Source: Patescibacteria group bacterium
GTDB taxonomy: Bacteria > Patescibacteriota > Patescibacteriia > Magasanikbacterales > GWA2-37-8
Assembly: GCA_041649475.1 (NCBI GenBank)
Contig: JBAZNA010000001.1
Location: 328,612 to 392,611, forward strand
Reading direction: 5' to 3'
Length of the DNA stretch: 64,000 nt
Both the position numbers and the translations under genes were made by a program. Shown here piece by piece: positions 1 through 12,300 of this stretch; position 1 is the first letter of the stretch; each line of letters starts with the position of its first letter. A model generated the notes under the pieces. The model saw only the letters and a list, made by a program, of their open reading frames with translations, searched no databases and had not been told where the DNA came from.

Positions 1-1406
<1,406 letters not shown>

Positions 1407-1526
1407 TGGAGATACTCGGTCGAAAGACCGTGAACTCTTGTCGATATGAACTTCGGTTCATAATTGAATAGATGGGTCGCCTTCGGGCGACCAGGGCCTT
1501 TGTCACATTTGTGCAGTCAAGCTAAA

Positions 1527-1548
1527 AGCCGCCGTTTGGCGGCTTTTT
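1527..1548 (+). terminator. GC hairpin plus T-run downstream of the 16S gene (terminator-like or rRNA processing stem)
   Basis: 'agccgcc gttt ggcggct' followed by 'tttt'. A second UUCG-loop hairpin, 'gtcgcc ttcg ggcgac', lies just upstream (~1476 to 1492). Confidence 0.35.
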
Positions 1549-1604
1549 CATATCTTGAATTATTTAAACAGTTTTGGTATACTTGAAGTCGGATTTTTAA
1601 AATT

Positions 1605-1681
1605 GGGCGGCTAGCTCAGATGGTTAGAGCGTCACATTGACATTGTGAAGGTCACAGGTTCGATTCCTGTGTCGCCCACCA
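1605..1681 (+). tRNA. tRNA-Val (anticodon GAC), with CCA encoded
   Basis: Cloverleaf read by hand: acceptor gggcggc/gtcgccc, D arm gctc-agatggtt-agagc, anticodon stem tcaca/tgtga with loop 'ttGACat', T arm acagg-ttcgatt-cctgt, 3' 'acca'. Confidence 0.85.
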
Positions 1682-1729
1682 AAACTTGATTTTTAATCAA
1701 AAATCTGGTATTCTGGTTTCATAAAAAAT

Positions 1730-1803
1730 GGGCGTGTAGCTCAGATGGTTAGAGCGTTACACTGATAATGTAAAGGTCATAGGTTCGATTCCTATCACGC
1801 CCA
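1730..1803 (+). tRNA. tRNA-Ile (anticodon GAT), no encoded CCA
   Basis: Acceptor gggcgtg/cacgccc, anticodon stem ttaca/tgtaa with loop 'ctGATaa', T arm atagg-ttcgatt-cctat. Confidence 0.9.
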
Positions 1804-1831
1804 CACAGCCAAACTTCCCGTAGTTGTCAAT

Positions 1832-1860
1832 TTGCCAAAAGCCAAATAATCCTTTATAAT
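1832..1860 (+). promoter_or_regulatory. sigma-70-like promoter upstream of lepB
   Basis: TTGCCA, then a 17 nt spacer, then TATAAT (1855 to 1860). Confidence 0.4.
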
Positions 1861-1893
1861 ACTTCTAAATAATATTAAACATTATCTATTATT

Positions 1894-2496
1894 ATGGCCG
1901 ATAAAAACGGGTCATCCTTTAAGAAAAAAGCCGGAATTTATTTGCAAAAAGCCGGTCTATTTTTGCTGGAGCTTGTTAAAGTGGTGGTTTTAGCCGGAGT
2001 TACCATCGCCCTGGTCAGATATTTTTTGTTTAAACCGTTTTATGTCAAGGGCGCTTCAATGGAGCCGAATTTTGAAGATAAAGAATATCTCATCATAGAT
2101 GAATTGACTTACAGAATAAGAACGCCTGCCAGAGGCGATGTGATTGTGTTTAAGTATCCGGAGAATCAGCAAGAATATTTTTTAAAGAGAGTGATCGGTT
2201 TGCCGGGCGAACGTGTCAAGGTGTTTAACGGGGAAGTGACAATCTATAACAAAGAACACCCGGAAGGCGTAGTGCTTGAAGAGCCATATTTACCCAAAGA
2301 TTTGCAAACCGAAGGCGATCAAACCGTAACTTTGGGATCCAATCAATATTTTGTTCTAGGCGATAACCGTCCTAACAGTTATGATTCGCGCCGTTTCGGA
2401 GTAGTTGATAAAAGTTTGATTGTCGGTCGGGTAATTCTTCGGGGGTGGCCGTTTAATCGGGCGGAAATTTTTAACACCCCGAAACTTAATGTGTAA
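1894..2496 (+). CDS. lepB: signal peptidase I
   Basis: N-terminal TM anchor, the catalytic Ser box 'GASMEPNF', and the signature 'GDNRPNSYDSR' box. ATG start verified. Confidence 0.9.
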   Translation: MADKNGSSFKKKAGIYLQKAGLFLLELVKVVVLAGVTIALVRYFLFKPFYVKGASMEPNFEDKEYLIIDELTYRIRTPARGDVIVFKYPENQQEYFLKRVIGLPGERVKVFNGEVTIYNKEHPEGVVLEEPYLPKDLQTEGDQTVTLGSNQYFVLGDNRPNSYDSRRFGVVDKSLIVGRVILRGWPFNRAEIFNTPKLNV

Positions 2497-3899
2497 TGCA
2501 ATTAAAAAAATATATGCCAAAGAAAAAACAGCTGAAAGCGGTAGCCAAAAAGAAGATTTCCAGAAAACCGGAAAAAGAAAAAGCGGAGACATCAGAAAAG
2601 GGCAAGAAGGTATTTAACCTCTTGCGCGGAATGCATGATATTTTACCGAGAGAAGAAAAATATCTGAAACTTTTTTACCACACTGCCGAAAATTTGGCCG
2701 AGGCCTTTCAATTTGGCAGAATAGACACGCCGGCGCTTGAAGAGTCAGGTTTGTTTATCAGATCAATCGGCCGGGGTACGGATGTGGTGGATAAGGAAAT
2801 GTATGTTTTTGAAGACCGCGATGGCAACAAGGTTTGTTTGCGGCCGGAAGCAACTGCTTCAATTGTGCGCGCCTATATAATGCACGGCATGTGGAATATG
2901 CCCCAACCGGTTAAACTATGGTATTGGGGACCGATGTTTAGGTATGATCGCCCGCAAGCCGGGAGATTCCGCGAATTTAGACAGCTTGGGTATGAAACAC
3001 TTGGCGATGGCGATCCGGTAGTTGACGCCGAACTCATCCTAATGGCCTATAATTTTTACAGTGACGTCGGTTTGCCGGTTGAAATACATATTAACAGCAT
3101 CGGCACGCCCGAAGAAAGACAGAGATATAAGACCGCGCTGGTTGATTATTATAAAAGCAAACGCAGTTATCTGTGCGATGACTGCAAACAGCGCTTGCAT
3201 AAAAATCCTTTGCGTCTTTTGGATTGTAAACAAGAAAAATGCCAGCCCATAAAAGAGGAGGCGCCGCAAATCATTGATTGGCTGGGAGAGGACTCAAAAA
3301 GCCATTTCATGAAAGTTTTGGAATATTTGGATGAGTTGTCCATTCCTTATACTTTGCGCCATACGCTGGTGCGCGGATTGGATTATTATACCCGCACCGT
3401 CTTTGAAGTTTATCCGACTATAACCGGAGAGGGAGGCGCCCAAAGCGCCTTAGGCGGAGGCGGAAGATACGACTTATTGGTGGAAGAACTTGGTGGCAAG
3501 CCAACGCCGGCAGCCGGCCTGGCTCTTGGTTTGGAAAGGAGTGTCACCGCTTTAAAACAGTATCTGGAACAGACGCAATCCAAGTTGCCTTTGCCAAAAT
3601 TTGACGCTTATTTAGCTCAACTAGGCGATCAAGCCAGAAGGCGGGCGCTTAAAATTATCAATGAAATGCGCAAATCCGGCTTAAAAGTTGATTATAACTT
3701 TTCCAAGAATTCTTTAAAGAGCCAGTTGGAATCAGCCAACAGCATCCAAGTGCCTTATGCTTTAATTTTGGGTCAAAAAGAGGTTCAGGATGACACCATT
3801 ATTGTCCGTGATATGGAATCCGGCGTGCAGGAAATTGTTGACCAAAAGAAGGTAGAAAACGTGCTTAAGAAAAAATTGTCCAGGTTTGACGTTTCGTAA
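2496..3899 (+). CDS. hisS: histidyl-tRNA synthetase with a Lys-rich N-terminal extension
   Basis: Class II HisRS motifs 'LRGMHDILP' and 'RPEATASIVRAY', plus a C-terminal anticodon-binding region. About 45 Lys-rich residues precede the conserved core. The start overlaps the lepB stop (taATG). Confidence 0.9.
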   Translation: MQLKKYMPKKKQLKAVAKKKISRKPEKEKAETSEKGKKVFNLLRGMHDILPREEKYLKLFYHTAENLAEAFQFGRIDTPALEESGLFIRSIGRGTDVVDKEMYVFEDRDGNKVCLRPEATASIVRAYIMHGMWNMPQPVKLWYWGPMFRYDRPQAGRFREFRQLGYETLGDGDPVVDAELILMAYNFYSDVGLPVEIHINSIGTPEERQRYKTALVDYYKSKRSYLCDDCKQRLHKNPLRLLDCKQEKCQPIKEEAPQIIDWLGEDSKSHFMKVLEYLDELSIPYTLRHTLVRGLDYYTRTVFEVYPTITGEGGAQSALGGGGRYDLLVEELGGKPTPAAGLALGLERSVTALKQYLEQTQSKLPLPKFDAYLAQLGDQARRRALKIINEMRKSGLKVDYNFSKNSLKSQLESANSIQVPYALILGQKEVQDDTIIVRDMESGVQEIVDQKKVENVLKKKLSRFDVS

Positions 3900-3961
3900 A
3901 AAAACGTGTATACTTAAGGCAAAGATAAATTATTCATCAATTAAGAAAGTGAGGTGAATTT

Positions 3962-4201
3962 GTGCCAGAGGTAAAAAGAAGGAAGAATGAGTCCTTTGAG
4001 GCGTTTCTGCGCAGAGTAAAGAAGAGATGGCAGCAATCCGGTAAAATATTGCAAGTAAAGAAGATTCAGTTTTATGAACGTCCGAAGAATAAAAACATGC
4101 GCAAGAAAAGCGCCTTGCATCGTCTTGCTGTTGCCCAAAAAATGGAATATTTAAAGAAAATCGGCAGATTGCCGGAAGAGCCAAAGAAATTTGGCAGATA
4201 A
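3962..4201 (+). CDS. rpsU: 30S ribosomal protein S21
   Basis: 'MPEVKRRKNESFEAFLRRVKKR...FYERPKNKNMRKK' matches the S21 pattern (MPxVxVRENE...FYEKPS..RKR). GTG start with 'gaggtg' 6 nt upstream. Confidence 0.85.
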   Translation: MPEVKRRKNESFEAFLRRVKKRWQQSGKILQVKKIQFYERPKNKNMRKKSALHRLAVAQKMEYLKKIGRLPEEPKKFGR

Positions 4202-4228
4202 AGGGTTTGATAATCCCTAAATTATCCA

Positions 4229-6331
4229 TTGCCCATGCTTCAATGGATCCGAAAAAATTATTTTACAGTTCTAAAAACCGCCATGGCCCTAGGGGTGATT
4301 TTGTTGGCGGTTTTTTTGTTCGCGAGGGCTAATTTAGCACAGGCGCAAAGCACTTCCAGCGCTAATGGTTCTTTGCAGGAGGGAGTGCAGGTTATTAGCC
4401 AACCTTTGGGACTACCAACCACAGACATTAGGGTAATTATCGTAAATATAATAAAAACCGCCCTGGGGCTCTTGGGCATTATTTTATTGGTTATAAGTTT
4501 ATACGGCGGATATTTATGGATGACGGCCGGCGGCAATGAAGAACAAATTGCCCAGGCAAAAAAGGTCTTGGTTAATGCCGTAATCGGTTTGGCCATTATT
4601 TTAAGCGCCTACGCCATAGTGGCGTTTGTAGCCCAGATGCTCGGCATCGGCCAAGGCGGCGGCGGGCAGGGCACGGGAATAAATTTAGGAGCGCCCGGGA
4701 CGCAAAACTTTTCCGGCAGCGGGGCTTTGGGTGGTATTATCAAAGATCACTACCCGGCAAGAAATCAAACCGCCGTGCCCAGAAATACTAAAATCGTCGT
4801 CACTTTCCGCAAGCCGGTTTTGGCCAGCAGTTTTATAACAGATACCAATGGCGACGGTGTTTATGGAAACTGCCGGGATCCGTTTACCAGTTGGGCTGAT
4901 TGCGACCATGCTAAATTGGACAACGACCATATAATGATAAAACAGGCAGGCACTAGCACGCCAATTTCCGCCGCGGTTGTAACTGCTGTTTCCACCACCA
5001 TTAACGGTATTTCCGGTGTTTATACGATTGTCATCAAACCAATCACCGATCCAAATGCGTCTTCAGGCGGTTATCTTGGCAGTGATACAAATCAAATTAG
5101 TTATATCGTGCATCTGGGGTCGGGCATGCAGCTTGATGATCAACTCAATAATAATCCGTCGGCTTTCAGTGCGAGTTCAATCGGGAATAATTATTATGAA
5201 TGGCAATTTACCTGCAGTACTGAATTGGATCTGACGCCGCCGCACGTGGTGGATGTGTTTCCGGCGCAGGGTGTGACTGAAGCCAGAAACAGCGTGGTGC
5301 AAATTGATTTTAGCAAGCCGATTGACCCCACCGGCATTGAGGGAAAATTTAATAACGGCACAGCCACTGACCCGGCATATTTCTTAGACGGCCAAAATAT
5401 TTTCTTAAAAGCGGATAATAGCACGGTGCCGCCGGGCAGTTTTCATTTAGTCAACGGCTACCGCACGCTGGAATTTACGCCCAGTCAAGTTTGCGGCACC
5501 AATACCTGCGGCGGTAAAATTTATTGTTTGCCGGTTTGTGATAAAGCCGGGGCCAATTGTTCCCAGGACAATTATCAGTTTTTACTAAAAGCCGCGCGGG
5601 CCATTAGCAGCAGCACCTTTGAAGCTATACCACTTTCCGGAGTAATGGATTTATCCGGTAATGTTTTGGATGGCAATAATAACAGCAAGGTTGAATTCGC
5701 TCCGACCGCGATCCCGGTTTTTGACCACCAGCTAAAACCGGATAATTATTTTTGGGATTTTAATATCAATAATCAAATTGACGCAACTTCGCCATATCTG
5801 CGAAACGCAGTGCCCGGGTTGGATGCGGATAGCGTAAAAAGCGATCAGGAATGGAGTGTTACCTTTAACAAACGAATGCGGCTTGAGCCGTTATATGACG
5901 TGGTCATAGACGAAAAACCGACTCCGGCCGAGAGGCGCGACAATATTCCTCTTTGCAAGGTGCCGATAACCAAGTTTAATGCTGATAATTCAACCTATAC
6001 CAATTTCAGCCACTGTCCGTTTTTGACCGGCGCCATGCAATATTATTTCCCGATAGTCACTTCCACAATTGAAGATGTTCATTTTAATTGTTTTTATCCC
6101 GGCAAAGGTCCGGGAGGCGGATCCGGCAGTGCCAATGTTCCGGATGCGGCGGTCAAGGCCGATCCGGTTACAAAACTTTCTCCCACTTGCGCCGGAAACG
6201 GTGATAATTGTTGTGATGTAATCACCGCGACCAACAAAAGCACCTGTTGCAACGGTTCCACGCAATATAGCAACACTCAAGCTTGCCGGGAAAATTTAGA
6301 AAATAGCAGTATTATAATTCCAACCCCTTAG
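4229..6331 (+). CDS. secreted surface protein with a VirB2/TrbC-like pilin N-domain and Ig-like domains (the track start is TTG; an ATG at 4235 is more likely)
   Basis: Signal peptide ('...FARANLAQAQ'), then two hydrophobic helices separated by 'TAGGNEEQIAQAKK', then ~560 aa of extracellular Ig-like/SbsA-like sequence rich in Cys. The N-domain is 60/71 identical to that of the next gene. Confidence 0.7.
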   Translation: MPMLQWIRKNYFTVLKTAMALGVILLAVFLFARANLAQAQSTSSANGSLQEGVQVISQPLGLPTTDIRVIIVNIIKTALGLLGIILLVISLYGGYLWMTAGGNEEQIAQAKKVLVNAVIGLAIILSAYAIVAFVAQMLGIGQGGGGQGTGINLGAPGTQNFSGSGALGGIIKDHYPARNQTAVPRNTKIVVTFRKPVLASSFITDTNGDGVYGNCRDPFTSWADCDHAKLDNDHIMIKQAGTSTPISAAVVTAVSTTINGISGVYTIVIKPITDPNASSGGYLGSDTNQISYIVHLGSGMQLDDQLNNNPSAFSASSIGNNYYEWQFTCSTELDLTPPHVVDVFPAQGVTEARNSVVQIDFSKPIDPTGIEGKFNNGTATDPAYFLDGQNIFLKADNSTVPPGSFHLVNGYRTLEFTPSQVCGTNTCGGKIYCLPVCDKAGANCSQDNYQFLLKAARAISSSTFEAIPLSGVMDLSGNVLDGNNNSKVEFAPTAIPVFDHQLKPDNYFWDFNINNQIDATSPYLRNAVPGLDADSVKSDQEWSVTFNKRMRLEPLYDVVIDEKPTPAERRDNIPLCKVPITKFNADNSTYTNFSHCPFLTGAMQYYFPIVTSTIEDVHFNCFYPGKGPGGGSGSANVPDAAVKADPVTKLSPTCAGNGDNCCDVITATNKSTCCNGSTQYSNTQACRENLENSSIIIPTP

Positions 6332-6332
6332 C

Positions 6333-9300
6333 ATGCCAGCCAAGTTTAAAAAAATATTTATAATTTTATCGGCAGTTGCGGTTATCGCCGGGGGTTTGTT
6401 TTGGTTTGCTCAAATTTCAAATGCCCAGCAAGGTCCTGATTTGGGACTGGCGCAGGTGAGTTCTACTATCGGTTTACCTACAACCGATATCAGAGTGATA
6501 GTGGCCAATATTATCAGAACGGCTCTGGGACTTTTGGGAATTGTGGCTTTGGTTTTAGTTCTTTATGGCGGTTATACCTGGATGACAGCCGGCGGCAACG
6601 AAGAAAAAATTGCTCAAGCCAAAAAGATTTTGGTTAATGCCGTTATCGGGCTGGCGATTATTTTATCTGCCTACGCGATTACCAGTTTTATAATCAGTTC
6701 ACTGCTTGGTGCCACCACCGGAACTCCCGCGCATTGTTTTGATGGCATTCAAAATGAGGGTGAAACGGCGGTTGATTGTGGCGGCGGCGGTTGCGGGCCT
6801 TGCACGGCTCCGAATAATCCGTATTTTACTTCCGGCGCTTTCTATATTACCGCTTTGCCTGCCGGCGGACAGGTTTGTATCAGGAATGTTAATCCGGCCA
6901 TTACCTTTAATATGGATGTGGACGCCGCATCATTGGCCGGAAGTGTAGTGCTGTTGGATAACAATAACAATGAACAGGCCGGAGTGTGGAGCGTGGTTGA
7001 TGGTAACACGGCCAAATTTACACCGGTCGGGGCCTGCGGCGCGCCCGATAACGGCAATGATTGTTTGCTCGCTTCCACTAACTACACTTTGCATTTTAAA
7101 AATGGCGGTGCCATCAAATCCGCTGACGGGCGGGCTATAAATTGCCTGGCCGGAGCCAAATGCACTGATGTACAATTTACAACCGGCGACGGCATTGACC
7201 GCACGCCGCCGACAGTGAAAATAGAAAATATTGCCGACGATAAACTGGTAACCGGCCAGGTGGTGCCGGTTAAAATCAGTTATACGGACGATAATGGCGT
7301 ACAAAAAATTGATTTGAAAGCGGATAATAACTATGTTGGCAGCGGCACAGTTTCCGGCTGTCAAAAAACCGGCAGTGTCACCATAAATTGGCCGACAGCC
7401 GGGTTATCAGATGGCGCGCACGGTCTTGATGCTAAGGGTTATGACTGGTCAATGCAAAGTGCTGTTGATCATTATGCCGCGATTTTAAAGCCGCCCCATT
7501 GTTTGAATAATATTTTAGACGGAAACGAAGATCAGGCCGGACCACTGGGCTGTTGCGCGCCGGAAAAAAATTGCGGTTGCGGCGGTTGCGGGGGTTCAAG
7601 TTGTACTCAAGATACTGATTGTGCCAGTGGTTATTGCAAAATACCACCAGGTCAAACTACGGGTGTTTGTGTTGACCGCATGCGGATTACCGGCGTATCG
7701 CCGGGATCCGGAGCGGTTGGCACTTATGTTTCCATTTCCGGAGAATATTTTGGCACTGCCAGGGGTCAGGTATATTTTACCGGTGCGAGCGGTTGGCTTG
7801 TAGCGCCTCTGGCCGATTGTGGGGCCGGTGCCTGGAAACCGTGGCAGGTTATTGCTACTGTTCCGCAAGGCGCCATAACCGGACCGATAAGATTGATTAC
7901 CGCTGATCAGCAGTTTGTGGATGTTACTAATGATAATGTCGTTGGGCCGCTTATTCCTGATTTTGTGGTAAATAATTTGGTGCGTCCGGGAATTTGTTCT
8001 CTGGATAAAACCAATGGTTTGCCCAGCGACAGCATTACCATTTCCGGTAAAAATTTCGGCGCCGTGCAACTGGCGAACAGCGCCGTTTCCTTCGGACAAC
8101 TGCAGGCCTTTATTAATGTCTGGGGAGATACCACTATTAAAACAAAAGTGCCAATGCTTTCTGCCGGTCCGGCGGCCGTCAAGGTTACTAAAGAAAACAT
8201 AGACAGTAACAGTGTCGCCTTTTTTGTTGGCGAGGGAATAAACAGTACCACGCCGACTATTACTAGTATCAGTCCTGATCACGGCGCAAAGGGTGAATAT
8301 CTGACCATAACCGGAAATAATTTTGGCGCAGAGCAGGGGAGGGTGTGGTTTAAAGTTAACAATAACGGCCAGCCGGCCAATGACCAAGACGCGATCAATG
8401 GTTCGTTTGATTTTCCGGCCGGTTGTAAAGATAATATCTGGAGCGACAGCAAAATTATTGTTAAATTTCCAGAGAGCGCCGGTCAGACCGGCCAAACATA
8501 TTTTGTACAAGTGAGGCCGTCTGAAATTGATAAGGGCTGGAGCCCGATCGGTCCAACCTTTAAACTGGAAACAGGCAATCCGGCGCCGGGCATTTGCGGA
8601 ATTTCGCCGGCTTCCGGTCCGGTACCTTTTGGCACCGGCGCAGATCCGATGAAAATTTATGGAGAATATTTTGGCGGAAGTCCGGATGTGTATTTTTGGA
8701 ATACCAACGCGGATGCGTCTACTATAACTGGTCGCATAAAGGCAGCTAACCCAAATATTTCCGGTTCTGACTTGAATGTTTTTCCTCCCAACAACACTCA
8801 AACCGGTCCGGTGGTAGTTTTTAGAAGTTCTGACAGTAAGATGAGCAACTCGGCGCTATTTACAGTTTCAAATTGTGTGCAAAATGGAAACAGTTGTTCG
8901 CAAGCGGGTTACCATTGCTGCGCGGCCGGGCCCGAAGCGGGGATGTGCAAAACCGATTTATGTATTGATGAAAAGATATCCGCCGGTTATATCTGGCGGT
9001 TTGCCACTCAACCTATACCTAAGGTGCCTCATTTAGTTGAAAGATGCGATAGCCAGTCGGATGCCGGTAAAAATGTTCCTTCGCCTTCGCCCAGCGTCCA
9101 ATGGGACACTAATGATAGTGGTGACCATCATAATGTCTGCCGCACCGCCTCCATTGTCTTGGATTTTAGCGTTGATAATATCAATCCGATTCCCAGAGGA
9201 GACATTCTGGTGAGTGAATGCGAGTCAAGCACGGTGAATGTGGCGAGCAGAACCTGCACCCAGCTAACGCCCCGCCCCAGCTTTTTGGGAAGCGGTGACT

Positions 9301-12300
9301 ATGTTGTTGAACATAGTACGCAATCAACCAATGATCTGGAATTGGACTTGAGTCAGGATTATAACAATAACACCGGTAAATGGAAAGATAATACCTGGTA
9401 TCAGGTGATTTTAAGCGCGGATATTTCTGCCGGTGCCGGCACTGCTCTGATGCATCTGGCCAAAGACGCGCCTTGTGATAGTGCGGGTATTACCAATACC
9501 GCTTATTGTTTCTTGTTTAAAACTGATGCTAAGGATTGCAAAATTAAAGCGGTAGCCATAACGCCTTACTCTTACTGGGCATCGGTCTTGGAAGCGCCGA
9601 TTAAATACCGGTCCAGTCCTTCTGATGAGGGTGTGGATCTTGTTTATAGCGGCCATATTTTAAGCGATCAGCATTGTATTTGGATGAACCCGGGCGGATT
9701 GAATTGGGATTGGAACGTGGCCAACCCTGATCCAAACCAGAAAAAATATGCTGACGTTTTTGCTTTAAAAGAAGATACGGTCGTACACAAAACCGATGCT
9801 TTAATTTCGGCTTTGGCCAATACCGTGGGAGTGGGGTTGGCAAATAATTCCGTGGATGTTGAGGCCACGGTTTCAACCGGCACTGTCAGCCATACCGGTT
9901 CAAGCCCACTCAAAATAGATTTAAATACTCCGGAAGTGGTTGACTATTGGCCAAAATGCAATGAGGCCTGCGCTAATGCCGAGGTTGGCGCCAAATTTAA
10001 TACCACCATGTCTGATTTAAATTTAGACAGCGGCGCCGTGCATTTGTATAAATGTTTGGATGAAAATTGCGCGCAGACCCAGCCGGTGGTCTTGCCGTCG
10101 GTTAGTTTTGAAAAAAATTCAAATCCGCCCTATACGCTTTTAGAAATAAATAATTACGGTTTGAACCATGTTGATCTTGAACCGAATACGATTTATGAAG
10201 TGGTTTTGTCAGCCAGCAGTTCTAATCCGAATTCACCGGATCAGCTGTGGTCGGCTTCCAGTTTGTTAACCGATAGAGATGCAGACGGCAACGTCATTGT
10301 TATTGGCCGTTCCGGCACCAGCAAACCATATAATAAACAATTTATTTGGAAATTCACAACCAAACAAACTTCGTGTGCCGTTGATCGTACCGAAGTTTTG
10401 CCCAGTGTCTTTACTGCCAGACAAAATAATGACCGGGCTGTGTTTAATGTTCAGCCATATTCAGCGCCTGATGCCTGCAGTGTCAAAGGCCAAAAATTGA
10501 ATCCCTGGTCAGAGAATTGGGTTTGGAGTTCGTCTGATGTAAACGCGGCCACAGTGGCAACATTTAGCACTCAAGGGTATAGCCCGTATTGCACATCAGA
10601 TTGCATCCGCAGAGGGAGCACACTTCCGGCGGGTAGCGATACGGTTCCGCTTTGCGGAAGCGGCGGCAACCCGCAAGCCGGCCAGGATTGCGTTTTTCCT
10701 GATAAAAATAATAATTGCAGTTTGAATTGCTTGTTTATAAACAAAACCAACACCGGCTCCGCCCAGTCGGCCGGCGCCACCAGCGTCAGTTCATCGGTTT
10801 GCGGAAACGGATTCTTGGGAACAGGGGAGGATTGCGACATCGGCATACCGGCCAACCCGCTTAGTCCGACTTCATCAATGTATTGTTCAAATAAATGCTT
10901 GCATTTGGGCGCCCCGCTTGCATCCAGCTGGTGCAATACTCATTTTACGGATTATGCCGGTTTGGGTTTTACAAAAACAGAATTTGAAGCTGCCTGCGCC
11001 AAGGCAATTAGCGTCTGCGGTGATAAGGTCTTAAGTCCGGACGAAGATCCGGGCTGTGACGGGTCAGGTGGTTGGGATCAAAATTTATGTAATCGTATTT
11101 GTTTGTTAAAATCAAACAACGCTCCGACTGACAATGCGCCGGCTAATAGTTGTTCCAACGGAGGTTGTAATTTGGATAATAAACATGCTGGTTCTTCGCT
11201 CCTATATTCCACGCCTTCAGTTTGCGGAGATAAGGCGGTGGGTATTGGTGAAGACGTTTCCTGTGAAAATAATAATTTTATAACCACCGATCACGTCGGT
11301 AAGACAGATCCGTGGGCCTTGGTTTTGGGCAAAGGGCTTTCAACCAATGTTGGCGGCACACCGCCGGCGCAAAGCTCCACCATTTCCGCAACGGCCAATG
11401 TTAGCGGCAAAAATATTGCGGGGCAGGGCCAATTTGTGATTCCCTGCGGATACAAGACGGATGCTGAATGTAAGAATGCTTTGGGGGATGACTATGGGCT
11501 CGGCGCCAATTCCTGCTGTTATAAAAAACCGGTCTTAACTAAAGTGTACCCCGGTACAACTTCCACTCCAATCGCGCAAAATGTTTGTCCGAACACAGTG
11601 ATTGAAGCGCAGTTCAGCAATTCAATTGATGCTAAAAGTTTACCCGGGAATTTATTAATTGCCCGCGGTATCGGCGAAAATTTTTCCACGAATTTGAATA
11701 TAGACAGCACGGTTGGGTTGAGCGGTTCAAGTCACGTTTTTGTCTCCGGCAATTATGCTTATGTGGCCAACAGTTTAAACGGCCTGAATGTAATCAACAT
11801 TTCCGATTCCAAACATCCATTGCCAATTTGGACACCGCTTAATACTGCCAATTATGCCGATGTTTATGTAATAGGGAAGTATGCTTATATTGTTGATCAG
11901 GGCGCGAATTCTTTAAAAATATTTGATATATCCAGTTCCACGAATCCAACGGTAGTGGGTTCTGTTGATTTGGTAAACATAACCAATCCCAACCGGATTG
12001 TCGTTTCCGGAAAGTTTGCTTATGTGATTAGCGCTAATGGTGGAAACATAATCAATGTCGCCAATCCAGCCGGTCCTACTTTTTCAACCAAGTTATCAAT
12101 CTCACCAAGACAAATCCAGCCGGCCGGAAACAATATTGCTTTGTTGGATAATAATAATTTTACGATAATGGATTTTTCCGACCCCGCCAATCCCAGGACA
12201 ATCGGTTCAGTCCAAGTCAATGATGCTCAAGATTTTAAAGTTTCCGGAAATTATGCCTTTTTAGCCGGCACCGGCGGTCTGCAAATTTTGGATATTTCCA

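Noticed and set aside
1407-1604. Expected 16S-23S internal transcribed spacer leading into a 23S gene
   Set aside because: After the two tRNAs the sequence runs into a lepB promoter and coding sequence. No 23S-like conserved blocks anywhere in the window, so the rRNA genes are unlinked.
7596-8801. 401 aa minus-strand ORF, and many other 60 to 175 aa antisense ORFs inside the giant genes (for example 15778..16272, 22822..23349, 42125..42649)
   Set aside because: They lie entirely within well-supported plus-strand genes, are Arg/Ser/Gly-rich low-complexity sequences typical of shadow frames, and have no start context. Treated as non-coding.
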